Source of the DNA: Octopus vulgaris
Lineage: Eukaryota
Assembly: GCA_951406725.2 (NCBI GenBank)
Contig: OX597818.1
Span: 130,014,001-130,078,000, forward strand
DNA length: 64,000 nt
Reading direction: 5' to 3'
How positions within the stretch are numbered: position 1 is the stretch's first letter; each line of letters starts with the position of its first letter. Of this stretch, positions 40,980 to 54,766 are shown piece after piece. The notes under the pieces were generated by a model that saw only the letters and a program-made list of their open reading frames with translations, was not told the DNA's origin and made no database searches. The translations under genes and the position numbers were made by a program.

Positions 40980-42173
40980 GTACATGCATACACACACACA
41001 CATATATATACACATACATATGGATACACACATGCATAAATTTACATATATACATGTGTGTATCTCTGCGTGTATATTTGCATGCATATGAATTAATGTC
41101 TGTATGTATGTATGTGCAATTGTTCTTGTGTGTCTTCGCAGGAGTATGGTGTGGTATAGTTGACTAATCAGTAGAAAGGTTTCAAAATAAAATAAAAAAT
41201 TAAATTAAAATAAAAAAAAAACAAAACAAAATAGAATAAAATAAACAATCAAATAAATTTGAGTTTGCATATCTCTAATTGTATAAATTTAGAAAACAAT
41301 GCTGCCTACATGCAAAACCTGAGATCGTCATAATTTATGGTTTTTATTTCCAATTCTCTTAGAGGTCACCATCATCATCATCATCATCGTCACCATCATC
41401 ATCATTACTGCAGCATAAATGATAGTAGCTGCGTTAACGATGATGACTATGATGATAACAATGGTGATGATGATGATGATGATGGTGATGATTATGACAA
41501 CAGCAATGAAGAGAATGGAAGATGACAGTGGTGTTGTTACTGATGACGACAACAACAACTGTGACGACAATGATGATGATGATGATGATGATGGTGATCG
41601 TGATGATGATGATGATGATGGCGATGATGACGACGATGATGAGGATGATGAACTTTCATGATCAATCACATTTCCTGGCTAGATTCTTGCTTTTAGAAAT
41701 ACTGAAAAGTGAAAATATATAAAACAAAGCAGAGAAAGAAGAAGTGTGTTATTTTAGATATTACTGATCCATTATAGGTTCAATTGAATTTCAAAGGAAA
41801 ATCACAAGTTTGTACCCAGGAAAGGAGAGAAAATGAAAGCTATTTGAAGCATAGAAAATTTTACTTCTTGTAAAAGGGAGTAAAAAGAAAGGCAACAACA
41901 AATACAAAGCACATACACACACACACACATCTATATATATATATATGTATATGTATGTGTGTGTGTGTGTGTGTGTGTATAATGAAGAAAGAGGAGGTGG
42001 GGAAAGAGAAGGGGAATGAGAGAATGGAGAAAATATGATGAGATCTGAGAAAGAAAGATGTAATTCCAAAAGGAGGGAGGGAAAAGCAGGTTGAGAGAAT
42101 TATGATATGTGTATGAGTATATACATATAAACACACAGTATATATACACACATAAGTGTATGTATATATATAT

Positions 42174-42204
<31 letters not shown>

Positions 42205-42426
42205 AGCCTACTATATGTATATATATACATATATATTATATATATACACACACACACATATATATATACATAGACATACATATATGTGTACATATATATA
42301 GACATATATATTCATATACATATATACACACACATACATACATGCATACATACATGCACATACATAAATGTACGTACATGTACATACATACATACATATG
42401 CATAGATACGTATACACATATGTGTA

Positions 42427-42478
<52 letters not shown>

Positions 42479-43336
42479 TATGTATATATACATGTATATA
42501 CACTGAGGTATAGGTAGAGAACACCAGAGAAGGAAAGGGGGGAGCATGGAAAAGAAAGAAAGAAAGAATAAAAGAATATTTAGATGTGGAAAAGGAGGAA
42601 GTAAAAATGTAGGATAAGGGAAAGCATTGAAAGAGAAAGGCGAACATAAAAGAGAGACAGAGAAAGACGAGACAAATGAGAAGGAGTGGGGGGGAGATCA
42701 CAGACAAAAACATATAAAAATTTTTTTAAAAATTCAAGTAAGATGAGGAGGAGTGAGTGAGAGAACCAAGCATGATAGACAGGGGAGGAAATAATGAGTA
42801 AGGAAAAAGGTAAGGTGGTAGAACTAGTGAGAGAGAGAGGAGGAAGGTAAGTGTGACAGAATTATAGAGAGGGAGATAGAAAGAGAGATAGAGAGTGAGT
42901 GAGAGAGAGAAAGAGAGTGGGGAAAATTTTAAAAACGCAGATTGAATCCAAGTGAAATTTTATTTCCTTTCATGTGTAACTAACACAAACAATTTTTCAT
43001 TGACAATCAAACAAGAACAGTTACTTTAAATTATCATCTCCATGTTGGATAATTTACATAATTTAAAAAATAAAAATTTCAAAAAAAAAAAAAATTTTTT
43101 TCAACAAAAATAACTATCCAAAACCCCAACCAAAAAAAATTCTAAAAAGTTAAAAAAAAAAATAAGCATAAAATAACAAAATTTTCACTTTCAATTTTAA
43201 ATTAAAAAATATATACATATAAAATAAAATAAAATATACATATGTATGTGTGTGTGTGTATATATATATTTATATATATATATATATATATGTATATGTG
43301 TATATGTATATATATATATGTGTATGTATATATATA

Positions 43337-43402
<66 letters not shown>

Positions 43403-44324
43403 AATAGATAAAATAAATAAATAAAACAATCTTTTTAAGTCTGAAAGAGGAGAGATAGGGGACGTATATTGTGTAAGTGAGCAAGATGAGAAGAAAGAGT
43501 CCATTGCATAAAGTTCCTTCTAAGGGAGAGAGAGAGAGAGAGAGAGAAGGAGGGAGGGTGGTAGTATGAGTGAAGAAGAGAGGAAGGGAGGAGAGAGTGA
43601 AAGAGAGAGAGAGAGGGAGAGGGGGTAGAATTACATTTTCACAGTTAAATTCATGCTCTTATCCACCATATCTCACCTCTTCATTCCGCACAGCTCCTTA
43701 CTCTCTCCCTTCCGACATTTACTTCTTTACCCCCCCCCATACTTATTTCAACCCCCCCTCCCATCCCACCACCTCTACCTTTTTTGTTGTTGTGTTTTTT
43801 ACTATTTTTTTTTTTAACCGACCGACCAACCAACCAACCAACCGAAAGACCCGACCGACCAACCACCCTTCCCCCCCTCTTCACACCACTCCTATCCCAA
43901 ACTTACATTATCCTACCCTGTCTCCTAAGCATTGGTGCCAGAACAGTCAGGAATATCCCATTTATCTTAACTTTGTTCTCATTTGTACTTAGAATCAGTT
44001 TGCCCTTCAGGTCACCATAGAAAGTCATAGTCATCCTCTCTGCACATCAACCAGGAATTTCCTCAGACTGATAACAAAAGTACAAGAGAGAACACCTCTT
44101 GTACTTTATTTTATTTTATTTTATTTCATTATCATTTTGTTTTGTTTTTTTTTCCCCCCTAAACTATCTTCATGCTAGTGTGGATGATGGCAGAACTGCA
44201 GAACTGCAGAATTGGTATCGGTGCTGGTGAAGGGAGTGGTAGGGGTGTCATAGCATGTGGGACTGTTCGGTGGGGGTGATGGGCTGGTGAGGTGATAGTC
44301 TTTGGGAGATTGAGAGTGGTGACA

Positions 44325-44342
44325 GTGGTGGTGGTTGTTTGA

Positions 44343-44379
<37 letters not shown>

Positions 44380-44556
44380 GGTGTCAATAATAACAGACAC
44401 AATAGTAGTAGTAGTAGTGATAGTAGTAGTGATGGTAATAACAGACCCAGTAGTAGTAGTAGTAGTAGTATAAGTGATGGTGGTAGTTATAGTGATGATA
44501 TTAGTAATAGTAGTTCTGTTGGCGATGGTAATAATTTCAATAGTAAGACAATATTA

Positions 44557-44592
<36 letters not shown>

Positions 44593-44688
44593 GCAGCAGC
44601 AGCAGCAGCAGCAGCAGTAGTGGTAGTACTTGTATTGGTGTTGGAGGCAGTTATAGTGGTGATGGAATTAATAATAATAGTTCTGTTG

Positions 44689-44741
<53 letters not shown>

Positions 44742-45150
44742 GGTGCAAGCTTTGGTAATTGTGTTGGTGATGGCAGTAGTAGTAATAATAGTGACAGTGT
44801 TAGCAATGATAGTAGTACTGCTGGTAGTAGTAGTAGTAGTGTTGGTGGTGGTAGTAACAGTAGTGACAGTGTTAGTCGTGGTGGTGATGGTAGTAGTAAC
44901 AGTAATAATAGTAGTGGTGGTGGTGGTGGTTGTATAAGTAGTAGTAGTAGTAGTAGTAATAGTAATGGGGTAAGTAATGGTTGTAGTATTAGTGGTGGTG
45001 GTTGTGGTGATAGTGTTGGTAATAGTAATGGAAGTGATGGTGGTGGCAGCATTAGAAGTAGTAGTAGTAGTAGTAGTAGCAATGGTAGTTGTAGTAGACA
45101 TAGCAGCAGCAGCAGCCGCAGCAGCAGCAGATGAAGCAGCAGCTGTAGTA
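44325..45150. repeat. Compound (GTA)/(GTG)/(GCA) trinucleotide low-complexity tract
   Basis: Direct inspection; source of the poly-V/T/L ORFs. Confidence 0.9.
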
Positions 45151-46509
45151 ATAGGTTAGGAGTGTGCAGAGATGGATGTGTACCGTAACTCTTGACTAAG
45201 TCTCTCGGAACTTTTTTTTTTATATAAATAAATGAATAAAATGAAATAAATTTTGAGATAGGATGCTGATGTAGGGAATGGGATAATAGTAGTTGTAGTA
45301 GTGGTGGTGGTGGTGGTGTCAGGGAGTGGAGGAAGTTAGTAGCAGTAGAAAATGATAATACAAAATGCAATATGTATGTATGTATACATGCATGTATAAA
45401 CACACATACATACATAGACATTCTTTTATATATTTTTCTTTTTACTTGTTTCAGTCACTGACTTGCATGCAACCATGCTGGGGCACCATCCTAACAGATC
45501 AAATCTTTTATTTGATAAAAGACTGGTGCTTATTCTATTGGTCTCTACATTGCCAGGATGTAAACAAACCAGCACTGGTTGCCGAGCATTGAGAGAGATA
45601 CACAAAAATACATACATACTCATATATGGGAGTAGACATACAAATGTGCCCATCTTACACATTTCCCTGTAGATTAACAAAAATTATGGACAAACTTATT
45701 ATATTTTCAGTCCTTATTGGGGTCTCATCAGAGGTGCTTATATCACTTGACTAATCCCAGATAAACAAGTAGCCATTCTGTTTATATATATTTCAAATCT
45801 AGTAACTACAGAGAACTGGAGCTACAAATTTGCGTTATATTACTATTTAGAGCCCAGTGCATACAGTATTAAGGTATGATATAATATATGCAAGCCTATA
45901 TGTAATATATGGAAACCTATGTACAGGATTGGAGCTTTGGATTCCAATGACATCCTCTACCTAAGGCACCTGCAAGCTCACACCAAAACACTGGAACAAA
46001 ACCATTTATGAATTACTTTTCATAGACAATGCAGCCCTTGTTGCTCACTCAGAGTTAGCCCTGCAAGACATCGCTTCTTGCTTTGCTGAAGCTACCCAGC
46101 ATTTTGACTTAAAAGTCAGTTTAAAGAAAAAAGAAGTCCTCCAGCAAAAATACTACAGCAAGAATGTCGCATCCATTACATCACCATCAGAGACTGAAAT
46201 AAAGACAGTCAACCAGTTCAGCTACCTGAGGTGCACCATCTTGTCAGATGTGAAAATTGAGAGGGAAGTTGATAACAGACTGGCCAAAACAAGCAGTGCA
46301 TTCAGCACACTGAACAAAAGAGTCTGGAACAATAATCATTTGAAGAAAGGGACCAAGATCAGTGTATACAGGGATATCATTCTGTCTATCCTTCTGTATG
46401 GCTCAGAGCTGTGGGTCATCTATCAGCACCACCAATAATACCTTGAGCAATTCCATCAGCACTGCTTTCTCATAATCTCCTGGAGATTATAATTTCTCAT
46501 AATATACTG

Positions 46510-46812
46510 TCGGTGCCACGTAAAAAGCACCATCCGAATCGTGGCCGAAGCCAGTGCCACCTCGACTGGCTTCCGTGCAGGTGGCACGTAAAATGTACCA
46601 ATCCGACCGTGGCCGATGCCAGCCTCGCCTGGCTCCAGTGCAGGTGGCACGTAAAAAGCACCCACTACACTCACGGAGTGGTTGGCATTAGGAAGGGCAT
46701 CCAGCTGTAGAAACATTGCCAGATAAGACTGGAGCCTGGTGCAGCCTTCTGGCTTCCCAGATCCCCGGTCGAACCGTCCAACCCATGCTAGCATGGAGAA
46801 CGGACGTTAAAC

Positions 46813-46846
<34 letters not shown>
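46510..46846 (+). mobile_element. Family C retroposon with internal ~65-70-bp tandem units
   Basis: Three CACGTAAAA(A/T)G-(C/T)ACC units, (GAT)n tail, TSD ATACTG at 46504-46509 and 46847-46852. Confidence 0.9.
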
Positions 46847-46848
<2 letters not shown>

Positions 46849-47023
46849 ACTGGAGTGACCTTGTTGTTGTTGAAGTCCTAGATCAGGCGAAGAAAATCTG
46901 ATGAAAACACAGCACCAAAGTAACTCTGCTGATGACAGAGTTAGATGGAGTAGGACATCACAGAGATGGAGGATAACTGACTTTTCAAGATCATGCTGTA
47001 TGACAAATTCTCCTCTGGTTACC

Positions 47024-47413
47024 GAATGGAATGGAAGCACTCCGTCGGTTACGACGACAAGGATTCCGGTTGATCCGATCAACGGAACAGCCTGCTCGTG
47101 AAATTAACGTGTAAGTGGCTGAGCACTCCACAGACATGTGTACCCTTAACGTAGTTCTCAGGGATATTCAGCGTGACACAGAGAGTGACAAGGCTGGCCC
47201 TTTGAAAATACAGGTACAACAGAAACAGGAAGTAAGAGTGAGAGAAAGTTGTGGTGAAAGAGTACAGCAGGGATCACCACCATCCCTGCCGGAGCCTCGT
47301 GGAGCTTTAGGTGTTTTCGCTCAATAAACACTCACAACGCCCAGTCTGGGAATCGAAACCGCGATTCTATGACCGCAAGTCCGCTGCCCTAACCACTGGG
47401 CCATTGCGCCTCC
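47024..47413 (-). mobile_element. SINE family D, full length with TSD
   Basis: TSD TCTGGTTACC at 47014-47023 and 47414-47423; (TTCCA)n tail. Confidence 0.95.
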
Positions 47414-47699
47414 TCTGGTTACCATGGTAGTGGTAACCAAAGAAGAGGTACATGGAAACCCTAAGAAATCCCTCAATACCTATCACACTGATCACCATCA
47501 GTGGGCTGTTCTTGCCACTGACCATAAAGACTGACGTCTCATTGTACACGGGTCAACAACTGCATTTAAAGACACCTACCACAATACTCAAGTATTGCAC
47601 ATCATAAGGGGTTGTATTTTGTGGAGAGAAGTGTTTCCAGTTCTTACAAATATACCCTCATCCAGGTAACTCAAGCTAGACCTGTGTCCACATCCTCCT

Positions 47700-47770
47700 C
47701 TTCCACCACCACCACCACCACCACCACCACCACCACCACCACCACCACCACCACCACCACCACCACCACC

Positions 47771-47867
<97 letters not shown>

Positions 47868-47868
47868 C
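47700..47868. repeat. (CCA)n(CAA)n compound microsatellite
   Basis: Direct inspection. Confidence 0.95.
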
Positions 47869-47941
47869 TATTGACAACTGATTTTAACTCAAAGATGACT
47901 GGTATGTGACCAATACAATTACAGACGAGTATTCTTTAAAC

Positions 47942-48130
47942 CAGTGCTACTCAAAGTGGTGGTCCATGGACCAGTGCTGGTCTGCAAGCCATCAGCTGCC
48001 AGTACGTGGTGAGTTTCCAGAAAAAAAAAAGAAACACAAAATGCTTATAAAATGCTTATGTTATATTGTATTATTTTGTTTACGAAATAAATATACGATA
48101 AAAAATTGTCAACTTTTATTATATCCATTA
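47942..48130. mobile_element. Probable hAT (Charlie-like) DNA transposon end
   Basis: Begins CAGTGCTACTCAAAGTGGTGGTCC, resembling hAT-Charlie termini; other end not identified. Confidence 0.45.
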
Positions 48131-48455
48131 TATATATTGTTATATTTCGGAATGGTCATTTTGCCAGTTTAGCCAATAAAAACACATGCACTATATATTT
48201 GGTGTTATTGGCTAAATGACCATTCCGAAATATAACAATATCTGTTTCAACACACGACTTCACATAAAAAATCTTGCACAACAAATATTTAAACGTATTA
48301 TATATATTGTTTCTCATATAAATTAATATTACTAAGAAATATTACCAGTTCCTGGCACATTGGAAAAGAAAAACTGCCAGTAGTTTTAGAAGCATTGCTC
48401 TAAACAACACATATTTTGATATTTTGATTCCAAATACTTGAAAATATCTTAATAG

Positions 48456-48890
48456 GAGCATGTATAGCTGTGTGGTTAAGAAACTCATTTTGCAACCAAA
48501 TGGTTCCAGGTTCACTCTTGCTGCATGGCAAGTTGGGTTTCTTCTACTGTAAGCCATAAAATAACCATTGATAAAGTGAAGATTTGTGGATTATCTTATA
48601 TGCTTATATAAGAAATTGTGTGTTTGCTTGCATGTCTATGATTGTTCCTCACTACTGTTTCACAACCTGCATTGGTTTGTTTACATCCTTGTACCTTAGC
48701 AGTTTGGCAAGAGGAAATTGATAGAATAAGCACCAAACTTTAAAAATTAAAAGCTAAGAAAAAAAACAGCAAAAAAAAAAAACCCCAAAAAAACCAAAAG
48801 TTCTGGGCTCAATCTGTTTGACTAAACCCCTTCAAGGCAGTGGCCCAAGTATGGCTGTAGTCCAATGACTGAAACAAGTAAAATGTAAAA
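48456..48890 (+). mobile_element. SINE family A, old and degraded
   Basis: GCTGTGTGGTTAAG head, GTCCAATGACTGAAACAAGTAAAA tail. Confidence 0.7.
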
Positions 48891-49162
48891 GTTACACTAT
48901 ATAATGGCTCAACTGCAAAATGGATCAAAGAATGCTGTGTTACTTCCATCAGGTCTAGACATACAAAATATGCAGTAAAAAGAAACAAGACTATTTTGTT
49001 TTTCTTTTTTATTTCCTCTTTGAAGAACTGATTTCACTGAAGAGGCTGTTGACTGTTTTCTAATAAATCATAAAAATAAATCAAAGTTACATGGCACTAA
49101 CTGAAGCTACTTCGTCTGTTTAATTAAAATCATCAAGTTCCTTTTACACACCTATGTGTGTG

Positions 49163-49198
<36 letters not shown>

Positions 49199-49217
49199 TA
49201 CACATTCATCCATACAT

Positions 49218-49262
<45 letters not shown>

Positions 49263-49454
49263 TACACATTCATCCATACATACATATATATATATATATA
49301 TACACACATACACATACACATTCATCCATACATACATATATATATATATAAAGTTAATCCAAAAACGAAGACACAAAGAAAAAACACAACAACGTGAGGA
49401 CGTGGAACAAGTATAGTATTATTGGACGCTCAGGAAAGGAGAGAAAGAAGGAGG

Positions 49455-49489
49455 GTTTAATGTTTCGAGTGGAGCTCTTCGTCAGAAAC
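49455..49489 (-). ncRNA. Minimal hammerhead motif in a ~210-bp element (49351-49560) between TA tracts
   Basis: Minus: gttt-CTGACGA-a-gagctccactc-GAAA-catt-aaac; second copy at 56508-56542. Confidence 0.6.
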
Positions 49490-50556
49490 ATAGGAGAAGG
49501 AAAGATCCAAGGAAGGGAAGACGGAGGGAAAAAAATCACCAACGATACACGCGCAGTCACACATATATATATGTGTGTTTGTGTGTGTGTATGAAATAAA
49601 TAATACCAAATGGATTTCATTTATAAGTCTCAGCTCAAAGGTTGTGGCCATGTTAGAGCACCGATTCCAGTGACTTTGCCTTTCATCCTTTCAGAGTCGA
49701 TAAATTAAGTACCAGTGAAACACTGGGGTTGATGTAATTGACTAGTCTTTTCCCCCAACATTCATACCTTGCACCTATAAAATTAAAGGATTATTATTGT
49801 TATTATTATTATATATATATAAGGGTGCATGGCCTAGTAGTTAGGGTGGTTGCATTAATGATCACAGGATTGTGGTTTCAATCCCTAGACCAGGTGGCGT
49901 ATTCTGTATTTGAGCAAAACACTTCAGCTCATGCTGCTATGTAATCACTTTGACATCTGACACATGATACACTGTACACTTTTTCTCACAGGTTGTTCAG
50001 CAAAAGCTGAACATTCATATGTCTCTAAATGTTTTCTATCAAATGTTTGTAGAGAATGAACACATGAGCCATATTTCAATTTAGACTGTTCATATATCTG
50101 GACCCCCCATGTATGTCATGACTAGATTGGTGTAGGTCGGAGCAACTTTTGTCACCATTGCAAAAATAAAGAAATAGAATATTTTGGAGTGGTCAACATT
50201 GTTGTTCTTGTCAAAAGATGACCTGTTCAGTTCTCACAGGTGGTACGATGTACACACACACTTACACATACAACCACACACACACACTTACACATACACC
50301 ACATACATATCATCATTATTTTAATGTCCATTTTTCCATACATGCATGGGTCAGATGGGGTAGCATGCAGAGGCAGATTTTCTACAGCCAGATACCCTTC
50401 CTCTCATCAACTCTCACTTGTTTCCTTGGTTTTCTTAATATTTTTCTTGGCTGAATAGGTTTTTACAGAGGACTGGAAACAAATTACACTGCTTGAATGA
50501 TAGTTTTACTTGCAGATAACTATCACATGGTGCTAAGACAACGAAACACAAATATC

Positions 50557-50588
<32 letters not shown>

Positions 50589-50737
50589 ATAAACTTCTTT
50601 CAGTTTCCATCAACCAATCCACTCACATTGCTTTGGGCTTTGATCAACCCTGGATCTTAGAAGACACTTGCCCGAGGTGCTATCATGCAGTGAGAGATTG
50701 AACTTAAAGCTACAGGTTAGGTTTTCTGGGGCACAGA

Positions 50738-50848
50738 GGCGTTAGGAAGGGCATCCAGCTGTAGAAACTCTGCCAGATCAGATTGGAGTTTGGTGCAGCC
50801 ATCTGGTTCGCCAGCATGGAAAGCGGACGTTAAACAATGATGATGATG
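50738..50848 (+). mobile_element. Family C retroposon 3' end (short variant)
   Basis: GGCGTTAGGAAGGGCATCCAGCTGTAGAAAC...GGACGTTAAACAATGATG. Confidence 0.85.
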
Positions 50849-51791
50849 AGGAGGAGGAGGAGGAGGAGGAGAGAGAAGTAGAAGCAGAGAGATAGAAGAA
50901 TTAAGGAGGGGGAAGAGAAGAGAGAGAAGTAGAAGCAGAGGGACAGAAGAATTAAGGAGGGGCGAGAAAAAAATGACAGGGACACAGTGGGAAGTGAACT
51001 GCTTAACTACACAGCATGCCCGTACCTGCATAAACAATAAATACACACAGGCAAAACGACTAATTCCTTGTTGTGCTATGTATTATTAACTCTTCTGACA
51101 CCAAACTACCAGGGACCACCTCTGATCTTATGATACACAACTTCTTGTTTTAAACCACCACATTCAAATTAGAACCTTTATCATAATTTTATGCAAGAGT
51201 CCTTCGATAGACACACAAATATTTCTGAAATGGAATGAAACATATAATCTGTGTGCTTCATTAGAAATATGGTCAGAAAATGAGTAATTATAGGTTTGCA
51301 ATTACCAGCTGCAGTATTAGTACTAGCAGCACTAGCAGCAGCCATAGTACTGCCACCAGTAGTGGTGGCGGGAGTTGTGGTTGTGGTAATAGTAGTAGAG
51401 GTAGTGGTGTTGGTGGTGGTAGTAGTAGTGGTGGTAGTTGTGGTGTTGGTGTTGGTAGTAGTGCCAGTCATAGTGGTAGTAGTAATAGTGGTTGTGGTGG
51501 TAGTAGTAGTAATAGTAGTGGTGGTGGTGGTGGTAGCGGTAGTTGTTCTTGTTGCTGTGGCAGCAGAAGCAGCCGAAAGAAATAATAACATTTGACAGCA
51601 ATAACTCCAAATCAATGCAGTTATATAGGTTCATCTGTTCTCAAAATCTCTAAATTCCAAAGTGGAAAGGTATAATCTATTAAGAATCAAAGTTAGAAAT
51701 TGTTAACAAAGCCATCCATTCAAAACCAAAGAAATAAAAACTTGCATGCAGAACATGATTTTTTCATCATTTTACAATGTGAATATATATA

Positions 51792-52392
51792 CAGGGTGTT
51801 CAGGCTAAATTTGTTAGTTTGTATTAAAGAAAAAGATGACACAACATTCTATCCAAAAATAAAAGAATTTTTAAAAAATCAAAAAGCATCAACTAGATTA
51901 TGGCTGGGAGATGGAAGCACTTTACTCAAAGTAGCCACCCTTAGCTTCCATCACAAAACGGCTCTGGAACTTGGTACATGCATTCCTCACTGTGTGCATG
52001 TGAAGATCTTCAAACACCTCCTTGATCTGCCGCCCATCCCCAGCTCAGCCTTGGTGTTGCAGGCTGAGCAATTGGTATCTTTCTCAAACACATCCCACAC
52101 ATAGTAATCCCTGGCATTAGAATTGGGGGGTATTAGGAAGCCAAAAATTAAAGGTGGTGGAGTTGTAGAAATTCTCCGACAACTTCTACTCTTTCCATAA
52201 GTAAGGCAAGGAACTGAATCCTGCCACCACACATATGGTCTTCCAGCAGTAACCCTTTCCAGCTTCACACAGACGTCTGAATTAAGCCTAAGGCCTTGTT
52301 CAAAGATATGGGCTGGTATGATGTTGACCTCACTGGAGACACACCCAAAGACCATCACAGTTTGGACGAACTTGGTTTTTCATAATGTCCAT
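51792..52392 (-). mobile_element. Tc1/mariner-superfamily transposase remnant (probably maT/DD37D-like) with one TIR
   Basis: Minus peptide VMVFGCVSSE...GRPYVWWQDSVPC...DYYVWDVFEKDTN...NTKAEL; TA-CAGGGTGTTCAGGCTAAATT terminus at 51790. Confidence 0.85.
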
Positions 52393-52544
52393 GTCACATC
52401 TTATAGCCTTTACAATGTACATAGATTATTGAATAGCAGTCGTGACATCTGGTGTGAATCAACATGTTAGCAGTAACTCTTTGCCAATATTCAGATGCCA
52501 TTGAGAATTCATAGAAGAAGTTTCGTGGGAATATGGAATTCACA

Positions 52545-52720
52545 AGCGGTCCCCAGGTGGTCGGCTTGCACTGATGGAACCGTGACTGGCTCACCATCTC
52601 CAGTGAACTGGCGCAAGACTGCTGTGCGTGGGCTGCCATGGTTCGAGATGCCTCGAGGGTGGTAGAAGAAGCTGACTCAAGCCACCCAGGGTGAATTTCG
52701 CCACAAGTACAAGTAAGTAA
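52545..52720 (+). mobile_element. 3' end of a second RTE-clade LINE
   Basis: Peptide GPQVVGLH*WNRDWLTISSELAQDCCAWAAMVRDA followed by a CAAGTA-repeat tail. Confidence 0.65.
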
Positions 52721-53242
52721 TATTCAGATGGGTTCCAGTCTTCCATTTTATGACAAACTTCTTCTCAACTACTGACTATTCATCAATACATAAAAGTCCC
52801 TGAAAAAATATTCTAATTTTAAAGAGTAGATGAGCCTAATGGAGGTAGTTAGAAGTGAAGTCTGATTTATGGATCTTAAGAAAGAGGTGGGGGTTGTGGG
52901 GGTCTAGAGGCTCAATTCTATTATGAATCTTGAGACTGGTAACTAAAGAATGTGCTTGATCCTTAATGGTATCTAGCTTTGCCTTCTTATAGTTCTTAAA
53001 CAACTCCTACATATAAAGTTATAATTAATACTGGGGTCCATAATATTAATGTTTTCAGATCTGTCTGATATTACATCTAGCTGGTCTGAATGTTACACAT
53101 TTTACAAAAATAAATAAATTTGAACTAAAATATATATTGACTGACTCAGATTGCTTTACAGTATGGCTAAAAAAAAAATGTTATTGCACGTCATAAATTT
53201 TTGGGTATTTTTTCCCCTATTTTTGGCATTTAAATTATATAT

Positions 53243-53472
53243 GTTTCTTTTTTACCCACAAGGGGCTAAACTCAGAGGGGACAAACAAGGACAGACAAAT
53301 GGATTAAGTCAATTACATTGACCTCAGTGCGTAACTGGTACTTAATTTATCGACCGCGAAAGGATGAAAGGCAAAGTTGACCTCGGCAGAATTTGAACTC
53401 AGAACGCAACGACAGATGCAATACTGCTAAGCATTTCGCCCGGTGTGCTAACGTTTCTGCCAGCTCGCCGCC
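53243..53472 (-). mobile_element. SINE family B, full length with TSD
   Basis: TSD ATTTAAATTATATA at 53228-53241 and 53473-53486. Confidence 0.95.
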
Positions 53473-54068
53473 ATTTAAATTATATAGGGAATTTTATACT
53501 TGCTTAATGAGATTTTTGATCTTAGAGAAATATTTTCCATTATTAATTTAGAAATTGTTGTATAATTCTGGTCAAGCTTCTGTAAAATGTAGGTAATTAT
53601 CCAAACAAATGTGAGACATATCTACTGGTCCAGCATGTCATGTACACCCTGTTTCTGCTTGTTTGAGAATTACAATGTAACCTGATAAGCTAGTTTCCTT
53701 TCTAATTTTCTTTTATTTTCTTTTGTATGTGATGCAGTGTGGTAGTGTGCTGTGTGTATGTTACAGTAAAAGTGCAACTGACCTGCTGGAAACAAGTCAA
53801 ATTTTATTAAAAAAATAAAAAATGGCAGATGTCCGTGTTTGTTCAGTTAGCAAGAAATATCTGGTTTTGTTTCCGTTGGTGTAATATTTTCTTCTTCAAA
53901 ATTGTATTGTTTGCGAGCATATATTAAATATAGTGAAACTGTTAATGTGTCATTCAATCACCACTAGAGAAAAGTTTCTTCATCTTAAAGGCAAATCAAC
54001 ATGATGGGAGCATGGGGGATCCCTCTAACTCCCTAATTTCTGCACTATAGAAATAAAATTAGTTTTAT

Positions 54069-54279
54069 GCTTACTTTTTTACTCTCTTACTTGTTTCAGT
54101 CATTTGACTGTGGCCATGCTGGAGCACTGCCTTTACTCAACCAAATCGACCCCAGGACTTATTCTTTGTAAGCTTAGTACTTATTCTATTGGTCTCTTTT
54201 GCCAAACCACTAAGTTACGGAGATGTAAACACACCAGCATCGATTTTCAAGCAATGTTGGGAGGACAAACACAGACACA

Positions 54280-54324
<45 letters not shown>

Positions 54325-54482
54325 TCATACATATATATGAAGGGCTTCTTTCAGTTTCCGTCTACCAAATCCACTCTATAGGCTATAGTAGAAGACACTT
54401 GCCCAAGGTGTCACACAGTGGGACTGAACCTGGAACCATGTGGTTCATTAGCAAGCTACTTACCACACAGCCACTCCTACGC
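54069..54482 (-). mobile_element. SINE family A, near full length
   Basis: Tail at left, ACCACACAGCCACTCCTACGC head at right. Confidence 0.92.
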
Positions 54483-54564
54483 TTAAACAAAAAAATGAAA
54501 TATCACATTAAAAACTCCTACCTCAAACCACCCATATTTTTCTCTATATCCCATGGTGGTAGAT

Positions 54565-54766
54565 TTAACCTTTTAGCATTCAGATTAAAATCTTATTAAA
54601 GCTTATTTATTCACATTGTTTTGATTTAACCATGCATTATCTCATAGCTGTGAAATTTAGACCAACATTGTAAGGTAGATATGAGAGTCTGGATCTGGCC
54701 TGTTTAAACATAAAACAGGTAAAACATTTGGGCTTGATACCGACAGTTTAAATGCTAAAGGATTAA
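54565..54766. mobile_element. piggyBac-type MITE family P1, degraded
   Basis: TTAACCTTTTAGCATT...AATGCTAAAGGATTAA. Confidence 0.75.

Larger units (their letters stand above)
45935..47585 (+). mobile_element. RTE-clade LINE ORF remnant interrupted by two retroposon insertions
   Basis: Peptides ELLFIDNAALVAHSELALQ and EVDNRLAKTSSAFSTLNKRVW...TKISVYRDIILSILLYGSELW; resumes at 46847-47023 and 47414-47585. Confidence 0.9.
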
